A program made the position numbers and the translations under genes. Shown here in pieces: positions 29,341-38,971 of a stretch of DNA of 64,000 nt. Position 1 is the stretch's first letter. Each line of letters starts with the position of its first letter. The stretch spans positions 288,001 to 352,000 of the forward strand of contig CAXXJJ010000001.1 of NCBI GenBank assembly GCA_963667015.2. The letters run 5' to 3'. A model generated the notes under the pieces. That model saw only the letters and a list, made by a program, of their open reading frames with translations, was not told the DNA's origin and searched no databases. Source of the stretch: Desulfatiglandales bacterium (GTDB lineage: Bacteria > Desulfobacterota > DSM-4660 > Desulfatiglandales > HGW-15).

Positions 29341-29373
29341 AAAAAGCAGGGTCTTTGAGACCCTGCTTTTTTT
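29341..29373 (+). terminator. Intrinsic terminator, copy 2
   Basis: AAAAAGCAGGGTCT-TTG-AGACCCTGCTTTTTTT. Confidence 0.9.
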
Positions 29374-29461
29374 GTTTAAAACTTCCTTTTTCTATACCCC
29401 GGGTTTAAAATCATTGACATGACAGTTGTGTGAAAGCTAACCTGTTTTTATATTGCCTCTC

Positions 29462-29685
29462 AACAGAATCAAACCGCGTTAGCGGTGAAATATTAATAGA
29501 AACCATTGTTCTAACACAATTAAAATCCCTGCGGGACGACACAAATTATTTAAGCAACAATAAAAAATCCACACCGTAGAAAGAACGTTTACAATAAAAT
29601 AATATATGTCGCTGTTAAGGAGCTTTCTATTTATACCTATCCGATATTCTATTAATATGCCGCATCCTTCGGATGCTCTACTGAA
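29462..29685 (+). ncRNA. Candidate structured RNA or leader
   Basis: TTGACA-N18-TAACCT promoter-like sequence at 29414-29443; hairpin 29473-29486; 12-bp long-range stem 29490-29501/29647-29658; hairpin 29662-29676. Confidence 0.45.
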
Positions 29686-29917
29686 AAGCGCATTCTCAAA
29701 CGGACAGGATATTTACGCATCCTTAAGTAAAAGGAGCATTCAAATATGAAAAGATCATTGAGTTGAAAGGTTGAGTATTAAATATAAATAGTGTAAAAAA
29801 GACCTCCCGGTATGGCACCTTTACAGCTTCATGATCCATAATTACATACTAATTTTAAAATGCATTTTCTCCTGCGAGGGAATGACAATACACGTGAAAC
29901 TCTAACTGATTAATAAT

Positions 29918-30865
29918 ATGACAATATTCTATCAGCAGGTTTACGAAAATATCGCTACTATGTTGAATGCCGGTATTGATCTTAAAAAAACCCTTCATAC
30001 CTCGGTAAATGGTGCACATCAAAAACTTCATGATGCTGTCATTGCCATAGAAAAATCCGTCAGCAGAGGTAATACCTTAACCATAGCCTTTTCAAGGCAT
30101 CCTGAAATGTTTCCTCCTTTTGACAGGGCCATGATCGAGGCAGGAGAAAGATCAGGCAAACTGCCTGAAATATTTAACTCCCTGGCCGACTGGTACAGGT
30201 TAAAGTCACGCATGATGATGATCATAAGGTCAGGTCTGATAAAACCGCTTTTGACCCTGACTGCTGCGGCATTTATTATGCCTGCGCCGGTGATTATGAC
30301 ATCAGCAGGTAGATATCTATTTTATGTTATCCTCTTACTCGTGATCTTTTATATTCCACCGCTAACACTGGTAATCCTTTACAAAAAACTTCACAAAAAG
30401 GGATCTTTCAGAGTATTTCTTGAAAAGGGATTATTAAAAATTCCGGTAGCCGGAAAGGCCATACGGAACATGGAGCTTGGCAGGTACAGTTTTGGTTTTT
30501 GGATGTTATATGAAAGCGGTGTTCCTGTAGATAAATGCGCGCAGATTGCCGCTGACCTCTGCGGAAATAGCGTGATCGCAGATATGTTTTCAGGCGGACA
30601 GGAGAGAGCCCAAGAGGGGAACCCTGTTTCAGCCGGGTTTTCCCGGGATCTGCCGGAAGATTTTTTATCCATATGGAAAGTTGGGGAAGAAAGCGGTCGG
30701 CTGGGTGAAACATTAAAAAGAATTCATGAAAAGCTCCTGGAAAGGGCGGAATATAATTTCATAGAACTTTCCCGCTGGATCCCGCGTATTGTTTCCGGAT
30801 TGATTGCCATATTTTTTATATGGTACATACTGAAAAGCTGGAATATCTTTTTGCCAGGGATATAA
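29918..30865 (+). CDS. Type II secretion system F / PilC-like membrane protein
   Basis: Two T2SSF-like repeats (MIEAGERSGKLPE and WKVGEESGRLGE) and TM segments. Confidence 0.88.
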   Translation: MTIFYQQVYENIATMLNAGIDLKKTLHTSVNGAHQKLHDAVIAIEKSVSRGNTLTIAFSRHPEMFPPFDRAMIEAGERSGKLPEIFNSLADWYRLKSRMMMIIRSGLIKPLLTLTAAAFIMPAPVIMTSAGRYLFYVILLLVIFYIPPLTLVILYKKLHKKGSFRVFLEKGLLKIPVAGKAIRNMELGRYSFGFWMLYESGVPVDKCAQIAADLCGNSVIADMFSGGQERAQEGNPVSAGFSRDLPEDFLSIWKVGEESGRLGETLKRIHEKLLERAEYNFIELSRWIPRIVSGLIAIFFIWYILKSWNIFLPGI

Positions 30866-30869
30866 TTAT

Positions 30870-32759
30870 ATGCCCTTATCCATTTTCCAGATCCCCCAGC
30901 AAAAAAAGATTCTTCAGGCCGAGTTCCATCCCCGGAATAATTCAATATTCATTTTATACTCAAACGGTGATCTGCATTCCATCTCTTCTGAAGGAAAGGA
31001 AAGCCGTGTTATCAGCTTTGACTGTGAACCCATTTCCTTCAGGATAAATGCTGCCGGTGATTTGATGGCCATCCTGGCAAGGGGCAAACTGTTTTTTTAC
31101 AGTCTCCTTACCCTGAAGATCTCAAGTATAGATGTGGACGAAAAAATACAGCTCCTGAAATTTTATAAGGATTCTGTCTTATTAAGCGGGTTTCAGAAAA
31201 ACATCATCCTTATGAAACAGAACGGCAGTATTCTGAAAAATATTGAGTTTGATTCACTCATCAGGCAGTTCAGTCCGGTCCCGGCAACTGACAGCCTGAT
31301 CATATACAACCAGGACCGAAGGCTCCTTTGCGCTGATATGGATGGCAAAATCCTGTGGCACATAGAGAATCTTATTATCCATAAGGAAATACAGATATCC
31401 CGAAATGGATATACCGGATACCTCATCCTGGACCCGAATGATCTGCTGCAGTTTGATGTTACGGGCGAGTCTTTTTTTGAAGTGGGCGATGAGCTCAGGA
31501 TTAAATCATTTTCCATATCATGGGATGGAAATAGACTGCTTGTTCTTAATTCGGAGAATGAACTTGTCATGTTAGATAAGGCCGGACTTATATTATGGGA
31601 GTACGGACTGGAGCATGACATAAACCGTATAAGACTTTCTCCCGGAGGAAATTTCTTTTTTACGATTGATAATGATAATGTCCTGAGCCTTTACTCCGCT
31701 GATTCTGTCGAAAAAGAACGTGAAGAGTTCTTTGAGATTACTGATAATAAGAGGATTCATGACAAAGAGGCTGCATGGGTGATCAGACCAGGCGGATATA
31801 ATGACGCGGCAGGACCGAACCTTTTAACAGTCAGCCAGGACGGCACCGTGTTTGGCCTGACAGGTGTTGACGGATGTATCTATTTTTATGATGAATCGGG
31901 GAAAATAAGATATCAGACATCCTTTACATCAACTTTAAAAGATTTAGGAATAAGTGATAACGCCCTTTATGGATATATTTATGGCGGTAATGAAATCACG
32001 ATAGTAGATTTTGAGAGCGATAAGAAGAAATATATTTTGTTCGAAAAATCCGTAAAGGGAGGTCCCATAATCAATTACCATCATCGTAAAATCTTTACCT
32101 TATCAAGGGAAAAGGAGCTACTCATATATGATTTTGACGGCCATTTGATAAAAACTGTTTTTCTTAATAAAGAATATCAAAATGGGATAAGCAGTGAACC
32201 GCATGGAATCATATTGTTAAATGAACAGGAGGTAACCGGATATTCCGCGTCAGGAAAGGTCTTTTTAAATTTCCCGGTTGAAATGGGGATTGCAGATATC
32301 TGTTATCTTGATTCCCTATTGATCGCTTCTGCCGAAGACAACGCTATTTTAAGAATGGATCTCTCCACGCTAAAAGGAAAGAAAACATCTATCAAGGTCA
32401 AAGAGGGAAATTCAGAAATCGTTTCAGCCGATCCCCTGCTGATTGTTACAGGGGATAAAATCCTTTATCATGTGGATTCAAGCCTTTCCATTATCTCAGC
32501 ATGCCGGGTAGAATCCCCTGATTCCCACTTCTATATGGAAGATGGCATGTTATATGAGATTGTAAAAAACTATAACGGCTTTTACTGCTACAATGATAAA
32601 AGGGAAATGATCTGGAGATATGCTCAGGAAGACAGGATAATAGAATCAGCCCTGATGAGAAACGGCCTTGTTTTCAGCACGGGAGATTCGGTAAATTATA
32701 TTGAAATAAGAAAAAAAGCGTATTCAAAAAAAGATTTTTCAGGATATCTGGAGATTTAA
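30870..32759 (+). CDS. Beta-propeller (WD40/PQQ-like repeat) protein
   Basis: Repeated blade motifs (ISWDGNRLLV, LSPGGNFF, VSQDGTVF, DGKILW); no signal peptide. Confidence 0.7.
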   Translation: MPLSIFQIPQQKKILQAEFHPRNNSIFILYSNGDLHSISSEGKESRVISFDCEPISFRINAAGDLMAILARGKLFFYSLLTLKISSIDVDEKIQLLKFYKDSVLLSGFQKNIILMKQNGSILKNIEFDSLIRQFSPVPATDSLIIYNQDRRLLCADMDGKILWHIENLIIHKEIQISRNGYTGYLILDPNDLLQFDVTGESFFEVGDELRIKSFSISWDGNRLLVLNSENELVMLDKAGLILWEYGLEHDINRIRLSPGGNFFFTIDNDNVLSLYSADSVEKEREEFFEITDNKRIHDKEAAWVIRPGGYNDAAGPNLLTVSQDGTVFGLTGVDGCIYFYDESGKIRYQTSFTSTLKDLGISDNALYGYIYGGNEITIVDFESDKKKYILFEKSVKGGPIINYHHRKIFTLSREKELLIYDFDGHLIKTVFLNKEYQNGISSEPHGIILLNEQEVTGYSASGKVFLNFPVEMGIADICYLDSLLIASAEDNAILRMDLSTLKGKKTSIKVKEGNSEIVSADPLLIVTGDKILYHVDSSLSIISACRVESPDSHFYMEDGMLYEIVKNYNGFYCYNDKREMIWRYAQEDRIIESALMRNGLVFSTGDSVNYIEIRKKAYSKKDFSGYLEI

Positions 32760-32779
32760 AATTTAAACTCGAGGAAAGC

Positions 32780-34258
32780 ATGGACGATCTTCTCAGGGAA
32801 ATCAGCGTTTATATCAAGGCCCGCTACCCTATTGTATATCTTGTAACATCAGAGGAAAGCAGGGCGGAAAAACTGCTTGAAAAGGCGGGTGAAATAAACA
32901 AAAAGCAGTTTTATTTCTGGAGCGCCACAGGCGGATATTACAATACCAATAAATTCGGTAAAGACCCCGCTCCTCTAAATGCACTGAATACTATCATGGA
33001 CTATGCCGACCCCGGTTTGTTCATACTTAAGGATTTTCATCACTACCTTGAAGAACCTTTAATAATAAGAAAACTAAGGGATATTGTCGCAAACCTCAAG
33101 AAAAGCTACAAAACACTTTTTATTATTTCACCTGTACTTGCCCTTCCGCCGGGTCTCGAAAAGGATATAACCCCGGTTGATATTCCTCTGCCTTCAACAA
33201 AGGAAATAAAACAGATCCTAACACGTCTGATAACCCCCTTTAAAGAATCAAAGAAAATAACAATCAATCTTGACGAGGAACTGATAGAAAAGGTTGTCAA
33301 TGCATCCAGGGGGCTTACCGAAGGCGAGCTTGAAAACCTTTATGCAAAGCTTATTGTCAGTAACCACTCATTTGATGAGAAAGACCTCCCGGTGGTTGTT
33401 GCTGAAAAGAAAAAACTGATACGAAAATCAGGCCTGCTTGAATACTATGATTTCTCGGAAAGCATTGAGTCTGTTGGCGGACTGGATAAATTAAAAAACT
33501 GGCTTAATCAGCGGGGCATGGCATTTTCTCAAAAGGCAAGGGATTTCGGCCTTCCGGAACCAAAGGGCATGCTGCTTCTGGGCGTACAGGGATGCGGTAA
33601 ATCACTTGCAGCCAAGGCCACGTCTTCTTTATGGAGACTACCCCTTTTAAAACTGGACATGGGAAAAATATTTGATGCATACCTCGGGTCTTCTGAAAAG
33701 AATATTCGGGAGGCAATTAAAACAGCCGAGGCCCTGTCACCCAATATCCTATGGCTTGATGAAATAGACAAGGCCTTTTCAGGTATGGGATCAAAGCAGT
33801 CAGGTGACTTCGGTGTTTCTGCAAGGGTTCTGGGGACCTTTCTGACCTGGATGCAGGAAAAGACCGCCCCGGTATTTGTGCTGGCAACAGCCAACAATAT
33901 TGAGAATCTTCCTCCCGAACTTCTCAGAAAAGGGAGATTTGATGAAATCTTTTTTATTGATCTTCCGACAGGTGATGAACGTAAAAACATCTTTAAAATT
34001 CATTTCAGCAAAAGAAAACGTAATCCCGACAACTTCGACATTCCGGGTCTTGTTGATAAAACAGAAGGGTTTACAGGCGCAGAGATTGAACAGCTGATTA
34101 TATCGGGCCTGTACCGTGCCTTTGCAGAAGACAGGGAGCTCGAAGATGGAGACGTTTATAACGAGATAGAAGAGACTGTTCCCCTGTCCGAAACCTATAA
34201 AGAAAAGATTGCGGCCCTCAGGGCATGGGCTGAGAATAGGGCGAGGGCGACTACATAA
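32780..34258 (+). CDS. Ycf46-like AAA+ ATPase
   Basis: N-terminal IKARYPIVYLVTSEE, LKDFH, Walker A GVQGCGKS, Walker B LWLDEIDK and LPPELLRKGRFDEIFFIDLP. Confidence 0.92.
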   Translation: MDDLLREISVYIKARYPIVYLVTSEESRAEKLLEKAGEINKKQFYFWSATGGYYNTNKFGKDPAPLNALNTIMDYADPGLFILKDFHHYLEEPLIIRKLRDIVANLKKSYKTLFIISPVLALPPGLEKDITPVDIPLPSTKEIKQILTRLITPFKESKKITINLDEELIEKVVNASRGLTEGELENLYAKLIVSNHSFDEKDLPVVVAEKKKLIRKSGLLEYYDFSESIESVGGLDKLKNWLNQRGMAFSQKARDFGLPEPKGMLLLGVQGCGKSLAAKATSSLWRLPLLKLDMGKIFDAYLGSSEKNIREAIKTAEALSPNILWLDEIDKAFSGMGSKQSGDFGVSARVLGTFLTWMQEKTAPVFVLATANNIENLPPELLRKGRFDEIFFIDLPTGDERKNIFKIHFSKRKRNPDNFDIPGLVDKTEGFTGAEIEQLIISGLYRAFAEDRELEDGDVYNEIEETVPLSETYKEKIAALRAWAENRARATT

Positions 34259-34330
34259 ACCGGATTAAACCATAATGAAAACGATGTGTTAAGGCCTGAA
34301 AACGCCTGTAATGTCAGCATCCTTCCAATT

Positions 34331-34355
34331 GTAGGGGTGAAAAATCTTTCGCCCT
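34331..34355. repeat. GTAG REP-like palindrome of a third family
   Basis: GTAGGGGTGAAA-AATC-TTTCGCCCT. Confidence 0.6.
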
Positions 34356-34990
34356 TTATTTCTGCCATTATGCATCTGCGACTGGGAACAACAAATTTTT
34401 TCAGGCTGCTCAATATGGCACGGCTTTTTCGTTTTTTGCCTGCACATTCAGTATTACCGTATATGATTGCTTTCTTTTTTATAAACTTTAAAACTTAACA
34501 GCGTCACACTTTACACCCTTTACTCAAATCCGTCCCTCATGTTTTTCTCAAACAATGCGACTCTTTTATGATCAATATTTGATCTTGGAGAGATACTGCT
34601 GTCCACAAAAATGCCCGTGGTTTTAATGGATTTAAGTTTGCTTATAGTTGTCACATTTTGTGTTAAATAAGTGGGAAGCAAATATTCTTGTCACATGGAT
34701 CATGTCAGAAAATGAAATAATGACCTGCTGGAATTAGAAAAAGCGAAAAGCAAGGAATAGTAAAGGTCTCCACTATGTTGGCATTCATGAAGAAGGATTG
34801 GTATGAATTGATTTATTTAAAAACTATGGCAAACGCACATTTTTTTGTGCAAAGCATCTATGGTATTTATTTTTGAGCGATACCATGTGCAGATCATCTT
34901 TAAAAAGGCAGAATTGATAAATACAACTTGTTGGTATATAAGAAAAAATACATTGTTAGAGATTGCAGTGAAGCGAGATATAACACAAAA

Positions 34991-35569
34991 ATGAATCGGA
35001 AATCAGGTTTGAAAATCCGCATACATAACCGTATAGATAAAAGCCGTGCCAATGGTCCTGGAACGAGGGCTGTGTTATGGCTTCAGGGCTGCCCCTTTGA
35101 GTGCCCGGGTTGTTTCAATCCGGAACTAAGGGATTTCAGCGGGGGAGATGAACTGCCGGTTGATGAACTCGTTAAATGGGCAATCTCACTTAAAGGTATA
35201 GATGGAATCTCCATAAGCGGAGGAGAGCCGACAGAACAGATTAAACCGCTTAACCGCTTTTTATCCGCCATAAAAAAAAATACAGACCTGTCTGTGTTAT
35301 TGTTTTCCGGGAGGACCGAAGAAGAAATCATTAAATTAACCGGCAGCAGGGAATTAATGGCTATGACAGATGTGCTTGTTGAAGGGCGATACATCCGGGA
35401 GCTGGCGAATCCGCCGGGAATGTGGCCTTCATCATCCAACCAGAAAATCAGGATTTTGACAGACAGGTATAACATGGACAATTTTTTAGGCTTGCCTGAA
35501 ACTGAAATTATTATTACTGAACAGGGTGATATTGTTGAAAGCGGACTGGGATCTTTAAATATTGCCTAG
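34991..35569 (+). CDS. NrdG-like small radical SAM (4Fe-4S single cluster) protein
   Basis: ANGPGTRAVLWLQGCPFECPGCFN (CxxxCxxC), SGGEP, DVLVEGRY and SSNQ motifs; no nrdD nearby. Confidence 0.88.
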   Translation: MNRKSGLKIRIHNRIDKSRANGPGTRAVLWLQGCPFECPGCFNPELRDFSGGDELPVDELVKWAISLKGIDGISISGGEPTEQIKPLNRFLSAIKKNTDLSVLLFSGRTEEEIIKLTGSRELMAMTDVLVEGRYIRELANPPGMWPSSSNQKIRILTDRYNMDNFLGLPETEIIITEQGDIVESGLGSLNIA

Positions 35570-35653
35570 ATCATTAATTTAGCGGTAATAATAGAAAGAT
35601 CTGATCTTTCAGGTCTTAATATTGAATCTTGAATATTGAACCAAAATAAGAAC

Positions 35654-36382
35654 ATGACCAGCAAAATTCCATGCTATTACATAAATCCCAAAGACGGTGC
35701 AGAAATGGTCCTTGTGCCGGGCGGCTGGTTCCGGATGGGCTCGGATGACAGTGATCCGGAAGCAGAGAACCGGGAAAAACCGTGTCACCTGCACTGGCTT
35801 GATCCATTTTATATCAGCATAACAAGTGTTACAGTCGGGCAGTTCAAACAGTTTGTTAAGGAAACAGGGTATGCCAATGATAAGGATTGGGATACAGATC
35901 CGCCTGAACACCCTGTAAAACATATAAACTGGCACGATGCAAAGGACTATTGTGAATGGGCCGGACTCAGGCTGCCCACAGAGGCCGAGTGGGAATTATG
36001 TGCCAGGGGATATGAGGCCCTGAAATATCCCTGGGGAAACGAATGGGAGGATGGCAACAGGGTATGCTGGGATAAGCCCGTTGAGTCAGAGGGAAATACA
36101 GTACCGGTATTTGACCACCCCGAAGGTGTAAGCAGCATGGGAACATTTCAGCAGAGCGGCAATGTATGGGAATGGTGTAAAGATAACTGGGATGAAGATG
36201 TCTATAAAAGATATGCAGAAGGTGATTTTGACCCACCTGCCAAATCAGACTTTCGTGTTTTGCGGGGAGGTTCATGGAGTTTTAACAGCCCCAGGCTCTT
36301 CCGCGGCGCCTTCCGATACGACTACCCGGAATTTCGCAGCCTCAATATCGGCTTCCGTTCCGCAAGGACAATAACCTTTTGA
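35654..36382 (+). CDS. FGE-sulfatase (CLec-fold) domain protein, possible DGR target
   Basis: MVLVPGGWFRMGS, RLPTEAEWE, YPWG, GNVWEW and RVLRGGSW...IGFR motifs. Confidence 0.9.
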   Translation: MTSKIPCYYINPKDGAEMVLVPGGWFRMGSDDSDPEAENREKPCHLHWLDPFYISITSVTVGQFKQFVKETGYANDKDWDTDPPEHPVKHINWHDAKDYCEWAGLRLPTEAEWELCARGYEALKYPWGNEWEDGNRVCWDKPVESEGNTVPVFDHPEGVSSMGTFQQSGNVWEWCKDNWDEDVYKRYAEGDFDPPAKSDFRVLRGGSWSFNSPRLFRGAFRYDYPEFRSLNIGFRSARTITF

Positions 36383-36416
36383 TTTTTTTTACATTTATTG
36401 ATTTTGAGAACAGACT

Positions 36417-38465
36417 ATGGACAGGGTAACCGCAAAGGTTATTAAACATCTGAAAAACAGATTCCCCCATATTGGTGCATTAATAAGAAAAAAAGGGGCT
36501 GAACATCTCTATGGAACATCGGAAAAAGAGGCTGTTGAACCGCTGCTGGAGCTTTTACAGGATAAAAATAAAAAGGTCCGGGAAACTGCATACAATACGC
36601 TTACGCATTTAAGCGGCAATGCCATGAACCATTTTTGTACATTATGGTCTGAAACAAGGGCTGAGGATCTGGAAGAAATATTAATGGATGCGATTTACAT
36701 TGCCACCTCATCCCTTAAGCTTCAATATGTTACAAGCCTTATACAGGGAGAACTGGAGCTCCCTGCAAGTTCGGAAATAGAAGGTATTACAATACTGCTG
36801 GAACTGATAAACGATCCTGATTCCACCGTAGCAGCCAATGCTAAAAAGAAGCTTCATTTGCTTAAAAATCAGGAAGGGATAGATTATTTATGCAGAAAAT
36901 GGGAAAAATCACGTGAGGCAAATCTTGAGGCAGTTATTACCGCTGCGGGTTATATTGCCGCTTCTCCTCTCAGGCTTCGGTATCTTACAGGTCTTAAACT
37001 GGAGGAATTGGATGGTCCTGTGAATTCGGGAATAGAAGGTATTGCAATTCTGCTGGAACTGATAAATGACCCTGATTCCACTGTTGCCGCAAATGCTGTA
37101 AAAGCGCTTCATTCGCTTAAAAATCAGGAAGGGATAAATCATCTCTGTTTTCTCTGGGAAAAAAATCGGGATGCTGAACTTGGTAAAATAATTAAAGACA
37201 GTGGATATACTGCAACATATCCCGAACTGCTGCATGCCCTCACCTTTTTCCTGCAGGATAAAAATCCTGCTGAAAAACCGGGCAGCAATACAATAAGGGA
37301 GTGCCTTCTTGATCAGGATATTGCAATTGTCGAAAATACAGTAAAATATATCCTTAACACCTATGGGAAAAACAGCCATCATAAACTTATGGATTTTATC
37401 AGGAAAAAACCTGAATCCGGGGTGGCTTTCTGCCTTAATAAAATGAACTGGCTTCCTCATGATCCGGCAGAACGGGCGCTTTTATATTTTCTGGCAGATG
37501 ATCTTAATGCATATCATGACATTGATTTTGAGCAGTCCTATCTCCGGTACTGGTATGAGTCGGGACCAGGCAACCTGAAGAATGCGATCAGCTCAAGGAT
37601 AAGAAAAAGCGGTGACCGGCGTTTGTTATCCGTCTTTAAAACCGCCAGGGGCAGCCGAAAATATTATCTGGATAAAAAAGACGTTGATATCCAGATTGAA
37701 ATCCTTTTTAAAAACAGGGAATATTCCGAGGCTTTTGATCTGCTGCCCGTGGCAACCTATGCCCAGGGTCGTCGTATTATCCGCGGCATCAGGGCGGCCG
37801 GCTGGGAGCAACCTGAAACCATTGGCAGAGAACTCCAGGAGCGGCTGGAAGGAATTTTTCCGGAAAAAGAAACCGACCAGGACCTCATATCTTCCTATGC
37901 GATGTCCATTTTTCAGGATTTCAGACCAATGTTTATGGGGCAGGAAGAAATACCTGAGGATGAAATAACGCTCATTTCATGGCTTGATGACAGTGAAAAT
38001 TTCCGACATCGGAGTGCTGCCCTTATAACACTGGCTGAAAGAGGATATGATCACCTGTCAGATGCTGTAAACAGGGCATGTGCGGACGTGTACTGGCAGG
38101 TCCGCATGGCGGCAGCCGGTGCAGAGCTTTTAAAACCCGGGAGTCTCAGCCCTGCAAACAGGGCTCTTCTGGAAAAGGATCATGTGTATTGGGTTCAGTC
38201 ATTATTAAAAATGCCAAAACCGGGTTGCCTGATTGATCTCGGCCCCCGGGGGCTCGAAGAACTTAAAAAAGAGGAAATCAGGAGTGACCCTGAAAACAAA
38301 CCGGATGGTCCGGATGATTTCTTTGATCTGATCAGGCAAAGTATTCCCTTTAATGAAAAGGAGTATTTACTTGCACTGGGTGAATACCTTGGCACAGACA
38401 GTACATGGAGTGATGATGAGACCTATGATGCCGGAGAAGCGGATGTTGAGATTGAGTTTGAGTAG
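36417..38465 (+). CDS. HEAT-repeat protein with internal duplication and acidic tail
   Basis: AVEPLLELLQDKNKKVRETA, two 85-aa near-copies, YWQVRMAAA and a C-terminal DVEIEFE. Confidence 0.8.
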   Translation: MDRVTAKVIKHLKNRFPHIGALIRKKGAEHLYGTSEKEAVEPLLELLQDKNKKVRETAYNTLTHLSGNAMNHFCTLWSETRAEDLEEILMDAIYIATSSLKLQYVTSLIQGELELPASSEIEGITILLELINDPDSTVAANAKKKLHLLKNQEGIDYLCRKWEKSREANLEAVITAAGYIAASPLRLRYLTGLKLEELDGPVNSGIEGIAILLELINDPDSTVAANAVKALHSLKNQEGINHLCFLWEKNRDAELGKIIKDSGYTATYPELLHALTFFLQDKNPAEKPGSNTIRECLLDQDIAIVENTVKYILNTYGKNSHHKLMDFIRKKPESGVAFCLNKMNWLPHDPAERALLYFLADDLNAYHDIDFEQSYLRYWYESGPGNLKNAISSRIRKSGDRRLLSVFKTARGSRKYYLDKKDVDIQIEILFKNREYSEAFDLLPVATYAQGRRIIRGIRAAGWEQPETIGRELQERLEGIFPEKETDQDLISSYAMSIFQDFRPMFMGQEEIPEDEITLISWLDDSENFRHRSAALITLAERGYDHLSDAVNRACADVYWQVRMAAAGAELLKPGSLSPANRALLEKDHVYWVQSLLKMPKPGCLIDLGPRGLEELKKEEIRSDPENKPDGPDDFFDLIRQSIPFNEKEYLLALGEYLGTDSTWSDDETYDAGEADVEIEFE

Positions 38466-38754
38466 AAGTAAAAAACATGTATCTCGCGGAACCCGCAGAG
38501 AAAAACAAAACCTTTTTTTGTAAAAAGCCAAAAATAAAAAGCTTTTCTCTGTTGCCTCTGTGTGCTCCAGTGACCGAAGGGAACGGGCGAGGGATAATCT
38601 TTTTGTCTTTTTAATTATTATTTCAGGATATAATGGTGTCAAGGAACGGATGGAGAAATAAAATGAAGAAGGTAATTTTATCCGTTTGACTCTCAGAAGG
38701 TTAGTGTATTTGGTTTTCAACTTTGAACCCAGAACCAGAAACCTGGAACCGGTT

Positions 38755-38971
38755 TATTGCAGAAAGGAGATATAATGCAGGAAAGGCACACACCAGTTTC
38801 TGCCGCTTATCCCCAAAGGGACACAGTTTCCGACAAAACGTATGACCATGAAGGCAACACGGGACGGTCAGTTTTCGTGTGGGCCCGAATAAGGCCCTCA
38901 GGGTAACTGTCAGGGACATCCTCACACAGAAGCTTCTTTATGAAGAATATCCGGTAGTCAGATTAAAATGA
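38755..38971 (+). pseudogene. C-terminal remnant of an Hsp70/DnaK-like gene
   Basis: Manual translation gives HQFLPLIPKGTQFPTKRMTMKATRDGQ (38791-38871), then a frameshift to FRVGPNKALRVTVRDILTQKLLYEEYPVVRLK*. Confidence 0.55.

Noticed and set aside
34380..34440. TGGGAACAACAAA... as a possible DGR template repeat, and TGGCACGGCTTTTTC as a sigma54 promoter
   Set aside because: It does not align with the FGE variable region outside a few bases, and the -12 GC is missing.
34991..35569. True nrdG or a RiPP maturase
   Set aside because: No nrdD is adjacent, there is no SPASM domain and no precursor peptide was seen.
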